Shown here: positions 20,095 through 27,972 of the stretch, one piece after another
Position numbering within the stretch: the first letter of the stretch is position 1
Layout: each line of letters opens with the position of its first letter
Sequence record: DRR723986_2407
Direction: 5' to 3' (one strand)
DNA: 38,185 nucleotides
Made by a program: the position numbers and the translations under genes
The notes under the pieces: model-generated
What the model was told of the DNA's origin: nothing
The model's input: the letters and a program-made list of their open reading frames with translations, nothing else
Database searches by the model: none

Positions 20095-21567
20095 CTAGCT
20101 CACTTCAATCAGCGCCACACTGCCATCGTCGTTGTATTCGGCAATGTGTCCCTGCGGCTCTTCCATAAATTGCACCGCAACAAACACAAAGGCAGCGCAA
20201 GCGGCGATCACCATAAAGAAGCTGGAAGCATCGACAAAACTGAGGACGGTCAGGAAGATAACCGCACCCACATTACCGTAAGCGCCGGTCATACCCGCAA
20301 TCTGTCCGGTCATACTGCGTTTGACCAACGGCACGATGGCAAACACCGCACCTTCGCCAGCCTGAACGAAGAAGGAGCAACACATGGTCGCCAATACTGC
20401 CAGCAGCAGCGGCCACGTAGACGTGATCTGACTGAGCAGCATATAGCCCACCGCCAAACCGCAGATCAAAATGCTCAGCGAGCGACGACGGCCAAACCGG
20501 TCAGACAGGTAGCCGCCACTGGGACGAGCAAGCAGGTTCATGAATGCAAAGCCGGAGGCCAACATACCCGCTTTTACGGCGGTCAGCTCAAAGGTCTCCA
20601 TAAAGAACAGCGGCAACATCGATACCACCGCGAGCTCAGAGCCAAAGGTAACCAGGTAGGCAACATTCAGAATAGCCACTTGCTTGAAGGGGTATTTCTG
20701 CATGGCGGGGATTTCTACATTGTTCAATACATCGTGGTTAACGCGCAGAATCTGGCTCACTTGCACAATGAACAACACCACCAACACACCGTAAAGCGAC
20801 ATTGCGGCAACGCCATTTAACATACCCAGATTCGACGGCGACAGCTTCCAGGTCAGTACTGCCAGCGCCAGGTACATGGGGATGCACATGGCAATGTAAA
20901 ACACCAAGTCGCGCTTGCTGGTTACCACCAAGCCGCCACTTTTCTTTGGCTTGAAGTAGGTAGAACCCTTGGGCGTGTTGCGCGCACGTGAGTAAAAGAA
21001 CACGCCGTAGATCATTGCCATCACACCCGTGCTGGCAATGGCGTAACGCCAGCCATCGTCGCCACCGAACATCAGCGCCAGGGTTGGCAGGGTCATCGCG
21101 GCTGCCGCCGAACCAAAGTTACCCCAGCCACCGTAAACGCCCTCGGCCAAGCCGACCTGGCGCGCGGGAAACCACTCACCAACAAGACGAATACCAATCA
21201 CAAAGCCCGCGCCAATAAAACCCATTAAAAAACGCAGCAGCGCGATGGTTTCATAGCTGTCGGCAAACGCAAACGCGATACACATGGCACCGCCACTAAC
21301 GAGGAGTGCCGAGTAGATAATGCGCGGACCGTAGCGATCCACCAGCATGCCAACCACCACCCGGGCGGGAATCGTCAGCGCCACATTGAGAATCATCAGG
21401 GCTTTCACTTGCTGCCCGGTAAGATCGAAGGCCTCTTTAATAGAGGCCAGCATCGGTGCGTGGCTAAACCACACGACAAAAGTCAGGAAGAAGGCAAACC
21501 AGCTCAGATGCAGCAAGCGGATTTTATCCTGCTTGAGATCGAGCAAATTTAATGTAGAGGACGACAT
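20095..21567 (-). CDS. narK: NarK/NasA/NRT2 (NNP family) MFS nitrate/nitrite transporter
   Basis: ATG at 21567 with GGAG RBS; nitrate-signature motifs GGWGNFG and [10 protein letters not shown]; conserved Arg in PARVVVG and LARPSGG; multiple TM helices. Confidence 0.92.
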   Translation of the reverse strand: MSSSTLNLLDLKQDKIRLLHLSWFAFFLTFVVWFSHAPMLASIKEAFDLTGQQVKALMILNVALTIPARVVVGMLVDRYGPRIIYSALLVSGGAMCIAFAFADSYETIALLRFLMGFIGAGFVIGIRLVGEWFPARQVGLAEGVYGGWGNFGSAAAAMTLPTLALMFGGDDGWRYAIASTGVMAMIYGVFFYSRARNTPKGSTYFKPKKSGGLVVTSKRDLVFYIAMCIPMYLALAVLTWKLSPSNLGMLNGVAAMSLYGVLVVLFIVQVSQILRVNHDVLNNVEIPAMQKYPFKQVAILNVAYLVTFGSELAVVSMLPLFFMETFELTAVKAGMLASGFAFMNLLARPSGGYLSDRFGRRRSLSILICGLAVGYMLLSQITSTWPLLLAVLATMCCSFFVQAGEGAVFAIVPLVKRSMTGQIAGMTGAYGNVGAVIFLTVLSFVDASSFFMVIAACAAFVFVAVQFMEEPQGHIAEYNDDGSVALIEVS

Positions 21568-21607
21568 AGTAGCTCCATTCAGCCAACGAGGAATTTGCTT
21601 GCTGCTG

Positions 21608-21623
21608 AGCAAACGCCGTGCCA
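21608..21623 (-). promoter_or_regulatory. Sigma54 promoter of the narK-kinase/phosphatase operon
   Basis: Minus strand TGGCACGGCGTTTGCT, a full consensus match. Confidence 0.85.
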
Positions 21624-21642
21624 AACATCAATACCAGCCCAC

Positions 21643-21655
21643 TAAGCAATTGATA
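21643..21655 (-). promoter_or_regulatory. IHF binding site
   Basis: Minus strand TATCAATTGCTTA is a perfect WATCAANNNNTTR, 20 bp upstream of the -24 element. Confidence 0.65.
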
Positions 21656-21763
21656 TTGTTAACAATAAATATGACTTAGCGACGACTTAACGCGACCAGG
21701 CAAGTGCCAGCCACCACCGCCAACCGCCTGCGGCCTGAATTTTCGCCCCCCGATGAAGCAGCG

Positions 21764-21814
21764 CGCCCCAGAAACAATCAGCCGCGCCACACCACAAAGC
21801 ACCAAAATGCGCCC
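21764..21814. promoter_or_regulatory. Degenerate NtrC-like boxes between the divergent promoters
   Basis: CGCCCCAGAAACAATCA and AGCACCAAAATGCGCCC; only the left half-sites match well. Confidence 0.35.
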
Positions 21815-21847
21815 CAAGCTCGACCACAAAAATACAAAAACCATATA

Positions 21848-21860
21848 AATCAAACACATA
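21848..21860 (+). promoter_or_regulatory. Possible IHF site
   Basis: AATCAAACACATA, one mismatch to consensus, just upstream of the nirB sigma54 site. Confidence 0.5.
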
Positions 21861-21877
21861 ATGAACACAAAATTCAC

Positions 21878-21893
21878 TGGCACGTCTTTTGCT
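21878..21893 (+). promoter_or_regulatory. Sigma54 promoter of nirBD
   Basis: TGGCACGTCTTTTGCT, a full consensus match about 90 bp before the nirB ATG. Confidence 0.85.
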
Positions 21894-21979
21894 TAATACC
21901 TGTTACACGCCCCAGGGCACATTAATAATGCAGCACTCCCCGGTGCTGCCAATGGTAGAAAGAAGCAAAGGACGTCACT

Positions 21980-24529
21980 ATGAGCCATAAACAGCGCTTG
22001 CTTGTTGTGGGCAACGGCCCCGTTGGACATCAATTCCTAGAGTCAATCGTCGAAAGTGGCTGCGCGACGGATTACCAGATCACCGTAATCGGCGAAGAGC
22101 CCCGCCCCGCCTACGACCGCGTACATCTGACGGCCTGGTTTGAAACGCGACAAGCCGACGCGCTAAACATGGTTGCCGATGGCTTCTACGCGACAAACAA
22201 TATCGACGTTAGATGCGGTGAAAAAGTTGTCGCCATTGATCGCGATGCAAAAACCGCAACAACGGATTCAGGGCGCCACTACGACTATGACCAGCTGGTG
22301 CTGGCGACCGGTTCCTACCCCTTTGTTCCCCCTGTTCCCGGCCACGAGCGCGAAAACTGCTTTGTTTACCGCACCATCGAAGACCTTGAAGCGATCACCG
22401 CGGCGGCAAAAAATGCCTCTGTGGGCGCCGTGGTGGGCGGCGGCCTACTCGGCCTGGAGGCCGCTAAAGCCATTAAGGACCTGGGCCTGAAAACCCATGT
22501 CATTGAATTCGCGCCGCGCCTGATGGCGGTGCAAGTGGACGACGGTGGCGGCGCACTGCTGAGACGCAAGATCGAAGACCTTGGCGTTGAAGTGCACACC
22601 CAGAAAAACACGCAAAACATCGGCGACGGCGAGCACTGCGTGCACAAGCTGTCCTTCGCTGACGGCGCAGAACTGGAAACCGACATTCTGGTTTTCTCTG
22701 CAGGTATTCGCCCGCAAGATGCACTGGCTCGCCAGTGTGAACTGGAGATCGGCGAACGCGGCGGCATCGCCATTAACAATTACTGCCAGACCTCTGACCC
22801 CGCCATCTATGCCATCGGCGAATGCGCGCTGTGGAACCAACGCATCTTTGGCCTGATTGCGCCGGGCAATGAAATGGCCCGCGTCGCCGCTGCACATATC
22901 CTTGGCAACGGTGACGACAAGCAGTTCACCGGCGCAGACATGAGCACCAAGCTCAAGCTAATGGGCGTCGACGTTGCCTCGATTGGAGACGCCCACGGCA
23001 ACACCCCCGGTGCCAAGTCCTATACCTTTATCGATGAACAAGCCGAGATCTATAAAAAGATAGTGGTGAGCGAAAGCGGCAAGCACTTGCTCGGCGCGGT
23101 ATTGGTGGGCGATGCCGACGACTACGGCAATTTGCTGCAATTTGCGCTCAATGGCATCGAGCTTCCCGAACACCCGGAAGCGATGATTCTCCCCAATATA
23201 GACGGCAGTGCGAGCGTTGGCCTCGGGGTGGATGCCCTCCCCGACAGCGCGCAAATTTGCAGCTGTAACAACGTCAGCAAGGGCGATATCTGCGCGGCGG
23301 TGCAGGACGGCGCACTGACCGTTGGCGATGTAAAAAGCTGCACCAAGGCCGCCAGCACCTGCGGCGGCTGTACCGCCCTGGTGGGCCAGGTGGTCAACGC
23401 TGAGCTCACTAAACTTGGTGTTGAAGTGAATACCGACCTCTGTGAACACTTCCCCTACACTCGCCAGGAGCTGTTCCACTTAATCCGCGTAGGCGGTATT
23501 AAATCCTTTGACGAGTTATTGGAGAAGCACGGTTCCGGTAAAGGCTGCGCCATCTGTAAACCGACGGCAGCATCCATCTTCGCCTCCTGCTGGAACGAGT
23601 ACATTCTGGAAAATCAGCACGCCGGCCTGCAAGACACCAATGACCGCTTCCTCGCGAATATGCAGAACAACGGCACCTTCTCTGTTGTGCCCCGCATGGC
23701 AGGCGGTGAGGTCACTCCGGACGGCTTGATCACCGTGGGTAGCATCGCCAAAAAATACAAGCTTTACACCAAAATCACCGGCGGCCAGCGGGTGGATTTA
23801 TTCGGCGCCACCCTCGACCAACTTCCGGCGATATGGAAGGAACTGATCGATGCTGGTTTTGAAAGTGGCCACGCCTACGGCAAGTCGCTGCGCACGGTGA
23901 AGTCCTGCGTGGGCTCCAGCTGGTGTCGCTACGGCGTGCAAGACAGCGTTGGTCAGGCCATCGACCTGGAGAACCGCTACAAAGGCCTGCGCTCACCCCA
24001 CAAGATAAAAATGGCCGTGTCTGGCTGCACCCGCGAGTGCGCCGAAGCGCAGAGCAAGGACGTTGGCGTGATCGCCACGGAAAAAGGCTGGAACCTCTAC
24101 GTGTGCGGTAACGGTGGCATGAAACCCCGCCACGCCGACCTCTTTGCCTCCGACATCGATACCGAAACCCTGGTGAAATACGTCGACCGCTTGTTGATGT
24201 TCTACGTGCGCACCGCCGACCGCCTGCAACGCACCTCAGTGTGGATGGAAAACCTTGAGGGCGGTTTGGACTATCTGCGTCAGGTCATCATCGACGACTC
24301 ACTGGGTATCTGCGACGAACTGGAGCGCGACATGCAAAGCGTGGTCGACAGCTACCAATGCGAGTGGAAGACCACCATCGAAGACGAGCAAAAACTCAAA
24401 CAATTCCGCTCCTTCGTGAATGCCGATGACGGCGACAAAGACATTGTTTTCGTGGAAGAGCGCGGTCAAATCAGGCCCGCCAACGAAGAAGAAAAACAAC
24501 TCAACAACAACTTAATTGCTGTTGCCTGA
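21980..24529 (+). CDS. nirB: NAD(P)H-dependent nitrite reductase, large subunit
   Basis: FAD/NAD-binding motifs (VVGNG, GGGLLGLE); BFD-like Cys motifs (CSCNN, CGGC); siroheme/[4Fe-4S] ligands CVGSSWC and SGCTREC. Confidence 0.97.
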   Translation: MSHKQRLLVVGNGPVGHQFLESIVESGCATDYQITVIGEEPRPAYDRVHLTAWFETRQADALNMVADGFYATNNIDVRCGEKVVAIDRDAKTATTDSGRHYDYDQLVLATGSYPFVPPVPGHERENCFVYRTIEDLEAITAAAKNASVGAVVGGGLLGLEAAKAIKDLGLKTHVIEFAPRLMAVQVDDGGGALLRRKIEDLGVEVHTQKNTQNIGDGEHCVHKLSFADGAELETDILVFSAGIRPQDALARQCELEIGERGGIAINNYCQTSDPAIYAIGECALWNQRIFGLIAPGNEMARVAAAHILGNGDDKQFTGADMSTKLKLMGVDVASIGDAHGNTPGAKSYTFIDEQAEIYKKIVVSESGKHLLGAVLVGDADDYGNLLQFALNGIELPEHPEAMILPNIDGSASVGLGVDALPDSAQICSCNNVSKGDICAAVQDGALTVGDVKSCTKAASTCGGCTALVGQVVNAELTKLGVEVNTDLCEHFPYTRQELFHLIRVGGIKSFDELLEKHGSGKGCAICKPTAASIFASCWNEYILENQHAGLQDTNDRFLANMQNNGTFSVVPRMAGGEVTPDGLITVGSIAKKYKLYTKITGGQRVDLFGATLDQLPAIWKELIDAGFESGHAYGKSLRTVKSCVGSSWCRYGVQDSVGQAIDLENRYKGLRSPHKIKMAVSGCTRECAEAQSKDVGVIATEKGWNLYVCGNGGMKPRHADLFASDIDTETLVKYVDRLLMFYVRTADRLQRTSVWMENLEGGLDYLRQVIIDDSLGICDELERDMQSVVDSYQCEWKTTIEDEQKLKQFRSFVNADDGDKDIVFVEERGQIRPANEEEKQLNNNLIAVA

Positions 24530-24597
24530 AGGTCTCACTGACAGGAGCCACACAGAGCAACACAGCGAGAAACCTCGCACAAGTATGGAGATTAGCT

Positions 24598-24915
24598 ATG
24601 AGCTGGACCACCGTCTGCACACTCGACGACATTTTACCCAATGCTGGCGCCGCCGCCTTAGTCGGCGACACGCAGCTTGCTGTCTTTCGCGTCGATGACC
24701 GCATCTTCGCACTCGACAACCACTGCCCCTTCAGCCGCGCCAATGTGCTGGCGCGGGGAATTGTTGGCAGCGTCGGCGACACGCTAGTGGTTGCCTCACC
24801 ACTGTACAAACAGCATTTCAGTCTGGAGGCAGGGCACTGCCTTGAAGACGACAGTATCTCTGTGCGTCGCTTCCCCGCGCGCAACGAGAACGGCCTGGTG
24901 CAGGTCCAACTATAA
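24598..24915 (+). CDS. nirD: Nitrite reductase, small subunit
   Basis: 105 aa with NHCPFSRANVLARGIVG and VASPLYKQHF; GGAG RBS. Confidence 0.95.
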   Translation: MSWTTVCTLDDILPNAGAAALVGDTQLAVFRVDDRIFALDNHCPFSRANVLARGIVGSVGDTLVVASPLYKQHFSLEAGHCLEDDSISVRRFPARNENGLVQVQL

Positions 24916-24946
24916 AACGCACCTTCCAAGGATTAGTCTCCCCCTT

Positions 24947-24979
24947 GCCGGCTGCAACTCCCCGTGCAGCCGGCCCTTT
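24947..24979 (+). terminator. Hairpin after nirD, possibly a weak terminator
   Basis: Perfect 10-bp stem GCCGGCTGCA/TGCAGCCGGC with loop ACTCCCCG, followed only by CCTTT. Confidence 0.45.
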
Positions 24980-25171
24980 CACCACTCCCTTTCCCCGCCG
25001 CAATTCGCTTACGCGCCCTGGCAACCGTTAGCCCGTGGCCTCAAAGTCAGGCCGAAGCGGGCGAAAAGCCGGCCAGCAAGGCTGGTGAATCAAATTAGTG
25101 TTAACCCGCCCTAGCGGGTATAATCAGCGCGATTTTTTCACCTTGCACACAGCTGATAACGGAAACGACTC

Positions 25172-25699
25172 ATGAGCTATAACTCGATCCCAGCCGGCAA
25201 AGAACTGCCGCACGATATTTTCGTCGCCATCGAAATCCCTGCAAACAGCAGCCCTATCAAGTACGAGATTGAAAAAGAGTACGATGCGCTGATGGTTGAC
25301 CGTTTCATGGCCACCCCAATGTTCTACCCAGCCAACTACGGCTACATCCCCAACACCCTGTCTGAAGACGGTGACCCGCTGGACGTACTGGTTGTTACTC
25401 CCTACCCCGTTGTTCCCGGCTCAGTGATTCGTGCCCGCCCCATCGGCATTCTGAACATGAGCGACGAAGCGGGTAAAGACGCCAAACTGCTGGCCGTTCC
25501 CCACGACAAACTGAGCGTGCTCTACAAAGACGTAAAAGAGCCCTCTGACCTGCCCGAGCTGCTTATCCAGCAGATCGAGCACTTCTTCGAGAACTACAAA
25601 GACCTCGAAAAAGGCAAGTGGGTGAAGGTTGACGGTTGGGCAGGCAGCAAAGAAGCCCTGGCCGAAGTTGAAAAAGCCGCTGCTGCTTACAAAGGCTAA
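25172..25699 (+). CDS. ppa: Inorganic pyrophosphatase (family I)
   Basis: [18 protein letters not shown] and FFENYKDLE; a TATAAT lies upstream at 25119-25124. Confidence 0.97.
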   Translation: MSYNSIPAGKELPHDIFVAIEIPANSSPIKYEIEKEYDALMVDRFMATPMFYPANYGYIPNTLSEDGDPLDVLVVTPYPVVPGSVIRARPIGILNMSDEAGKDAKLLAVPHDKLSVLYKDVKEPSDLPELLIQQIEHFFENYKDLEKGKWVKVDGWAGSKEALAEVEKAAAAYKG

Positions 25700-25711
25700 G
25701 TAGCGCCGCCT

Positions 25712-25750
25712 AAAAAAAGCCCGGCCTCTGAAAAGAGCCCGGGCTTTTTT
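25712..25750 (+). terminator. Intrinsic terminator after ppa (bidirectional form)
   Basis: AAAAAAAGCCCGG...CCGGGCTTTTTT: GC-rich stem flanked by A and T tracts. Confidence 0.85.
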
Positions 25751-25793
25751 GTGCCCAGCTTATCGCCATTCTTAACAAACCTACTGCCAAGCC

Positions 25794-25825
25794 TTGACCC
25801 TGTAGTAACCTACAAGCTCTATTCT
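25794..25825 (+). promoter_or_regulatory. MerR-type (ZntR/CadR-like) metal-responsive promoter
   Basis: -35 TTGACC (25794-25799), a 20-bp spacer containing the dyad TGTAG-TAAC-CTACA, and -10 TATTCT (25820-25825). Confidence 0.8.
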
Positions 25826-25858
25826 GATCTCAGTAGCAACGGAATCAGGGGAATCACC

Positions 25859-26293
25859 ATGGCTCAACTAAGGATTGGAGAACTCGCGAAAAAGCTCGAC
25901 TGCACAGTGGAAACGCTGCGCTTTTACGAGCGCGAGGGCTTACTGGCCGCCACCGGGCGCAGCGCCAATGGCTATCGCTTTTACAACACCGCCTCTATTA
26001 AGCAGCTAGAGTTTATCCTGCGCGCCAAGAGCATGGGCTTCAGCCTCGACGATATTCGCGAATTACTGGCCATTCGCGTCGACCCGGAAGCCAAGTCCTG
26101 TGGCGAAGTGAAGGGCATTGCCCAAGAGAAGCTCGCCCAGGTTGAACGAAAACTGAGTGAGCTGAAAAGCATCCGCGACGCCCTGAGCCGGGTGGTCGAG
26201 GCCTGCTGCGGTGGCGATGTTCCCGCCAATCACTGCAGTATCCTGCAAGCGCTCGATGACGAACTCAGTGCCCAGCAGGAGCAGCACGCATGA
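25859..26293 (+). CDS. zntR: Zn(II)-responsive MerR-family regulator
   Basis: 144 aa from the ATG at 25859; IGELAK...ETLRFYE HTH; metal-binding Cys in KSCGEVK, ACCGG and HCSIL. Confidence 0.88.
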   Translation: MAQLRIGELAKKLDCTVETLRFYEREGLLAATGRSANGYRFYNTASIKQLEFILRAKSMGFSLDDIRELLAIRVDPEAKSCGEVKGIAQEKLAQVERKLSELKSIRDALSRVVEACCGGDVPANHCSILQALDDELSAQQEQHA

Positions 26294-27306
26294 ATTTCCT
26301 CAACAACCTCTACCTACTCAGTTTGGACGCCGCTCCCCTACTCGTTATGGGTCTGGTGCTTGCCGGCTTGATGAAAGCCTGGATTCCCAATGCCCTGCTG
26401 GAACGGCAGCTGGGCAAACCCGGTATTGGCTCGGTGATCAAAGCGGCGCTATTTGGCGCCCCCATGCCCCTGTGCTCGTGCGGCGTTCTGCCGGTGGCAA
26501 TGGGGCTGCGACGCGCCGGCGCGTCGAAGGGCGCAACAGTATCGTTTTTGATTTCCACACCCGAGACCGGTGTCGACTCCATTGCCCTGAGCTACGGCCT
26601 ACTGGGGCCGGTGATGACCATCGCGCGGCCCATCGTGGCCATCGTCAATGCCATTGCCGCGGGCTTGTTAACGGGCTGGAACGATAGCAAACCCGCAATA
26701 CAAGAAGAGGCAACAACGTCTTGTTGCTCAAAGCGCTCTGCCGCGCCGACGAAAACCACCTGGAGAGAGGGCCTTCACTACACCTTCGGGCGACTGCTTG
26801 AGGATATGCTGCCCTGGCTGTTGGTGGGCATGCTGTTTGCGGCAGCGGTGCAGACCTTTGTGCCAGCGGCCTGGCTGGCCGAATGGGGCCGCGGCCCCCT
26901 TGCAATGGTCGTAATGGTGTTGGTAGGTATTCCCATGTATATCTGTGCCAGCGCGTCCACGCCCATCGCCGCAGGACTGCTAATGGCGGGCGTATCACCT
27001 GGCGCGGTACTGGTCTTTATGCTCGCGGGCCCGGCCAGCAATATCGCTGCTGTGGGAATGGTGCATAAGGAACTGGGACGCCGCGCGCTCCTTGCCTACC
27101 TGGGTACGGTAAGCACCATCAGTATCGCTGCGGGTCTGTTGCTAGACCAATTGGTGAGTCTGTTTAACTGGGAGATTAGCGGCGGGCAGGCACACCAGCA
27201 CAGCATGCTGCCCGAGTGGTTAGCGGTGACCGCGCTGGTCGTGCTGGCAGTAGCGGCCATTAAACCGCTGCGCCAACAGACCTTTGGCCGCTTGCTTAAC
27301 GCTTAA
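26290..27306 (+). CDS. Metal-efflux permease (ArsP/DUF318 superfamily, SO_0444-like)
   Basis: PLCSCGVLP, STPETGVDS, YICASASTP and LAGPASN; Cys/His-containing loops; ATGA overlap with zntR. Confidence 0.85.
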   Translation: MNFLNNLYLLSLDAAPLLVMGLVLAGLMKAWIPNALLERQLGKPGIGSVIKAALFGAPMPLCSCGVLPVAMGLRRAGASKGATVSFLISTPETGVDSIALSYGLLGPVMTIARPIVAIVNAIAAGLLTGWNDSKPAIQEEATTSCCSKRSAAPTKTTWREGLHYTFGRLLEDMLPWLLVGMLFAAAVQTFVPAAWLAEWGRGPLAMVVMVLVGIPMYICASASTPIAAGLLMAGVSPGAVLVFMLAGPASNIAAVGMVHKELGRRALLAYLGTVSTISIAAGLLLDQLVSLFNWEISGGQAHQHSMLPEWLAVTALVVLAVAAIKPLRQQTFGRLLNA

Positions 27307-27782
27307 GACGCCACCTTGGGCTTGGCGCTTAACAGGCGCTGATAGAGTTTAGAGTTTTTGTGAATCGTTTTATGTTTCGCATAGGCTTCCACCGCGCGAT
27401 GCCAAGCCTCATCACTGCCGTGAGCATTGAGTGAAAAACTCGTGCACACGGTCTTTTTCTCGACCTTTGACGCCACACCCACCTGAAAGATCGGCGTCAA
27501 ATTGCCACTCTTCTCGGTCTTCAACAGATAGCTGATACCGCGCACGCTGCCATCCGGCTTAAAGCAGCGTTCTTCCTTGGTTTCCTCCAGAAAGCGCTTT
27601 TGCTGCGCTTCTAATTCTTGATCGCGTTCCATCGCTTGCTTCTCTATGGCCTTTTGCGCCCGTCCCTCTAGGCGCTTACCGTCTTTCTTCAGGGAGAAAT
27701 ACTCCTGATAGAGCTCACCCGCCACTGTCCGGCGGACCCGGTAGCCATAAAAAGCTTTGTTATCCAGCAACTTAACGCTCAC
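27303..27782 (-). CDS. Hypothetical basic protein with two AP2-like DNA-binding domains
   Basis: Likely GTG start at 27782 after AAGGGG (ORF open to 27788); Lys-rich; two units resembling three beta strands + FS..G..A...A helix. Domain call made by eye. Confidence 0.7.
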   Translation of the reverse strand: MSVKLLDNKAFYGYRVRRTVAGELYQEYFSLKKDGKRLEGRAQKAIEKQAMERDQELEAQQKRFLEETKEERCFKPDGSVRGISYLLKTEKSGNLTPIFQVGVASKVEKKTVCTSFSLNAHGSDEAWHRAVEAYAKHKTIHKNSKLYQRLLSAKPKVAS

Positions 27783-27972
27783 ACGCACCCCTTATCTATG
27801 CTTCTTTTTTGTTTTCTTATGTCATTGTCACTACCGCCGCAGCAGCAATGTCACTATTGGCAGACATTGTAATCTAAACATTCTGACGAAATTATCAAGC
27901 TGCTGCGACAAAAACCGTGACACAGACGCACAAAAATCGCGCCCGAGGCTCAGGCTCAAAGGAGCATGGGCG

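Noticed and set aside
21568-21624. N-terminal extension of narK in the ORF track
   Set aside because: It overlaps the sigma54 promoter itself; the RBS precedes the ATG at 21567.
21695-21710. TGGCAC on the minus strand as a fourth sigma54 site
   Set aside because: No TTGC at the required GG-N10-GC spacing.
21945-21976. ANTAR-like loops (AATGGT, AAAGGA) in the nirB leader
   Set aside because: The flanking bases do not form convincing stems and there is no terminator; too weak to call.
25751-25858. Longer 180-aa version of zntR
   Set aside because: The extension spans the -35/-10 promoter; the MerR HTH begins at the ATG at 25859.
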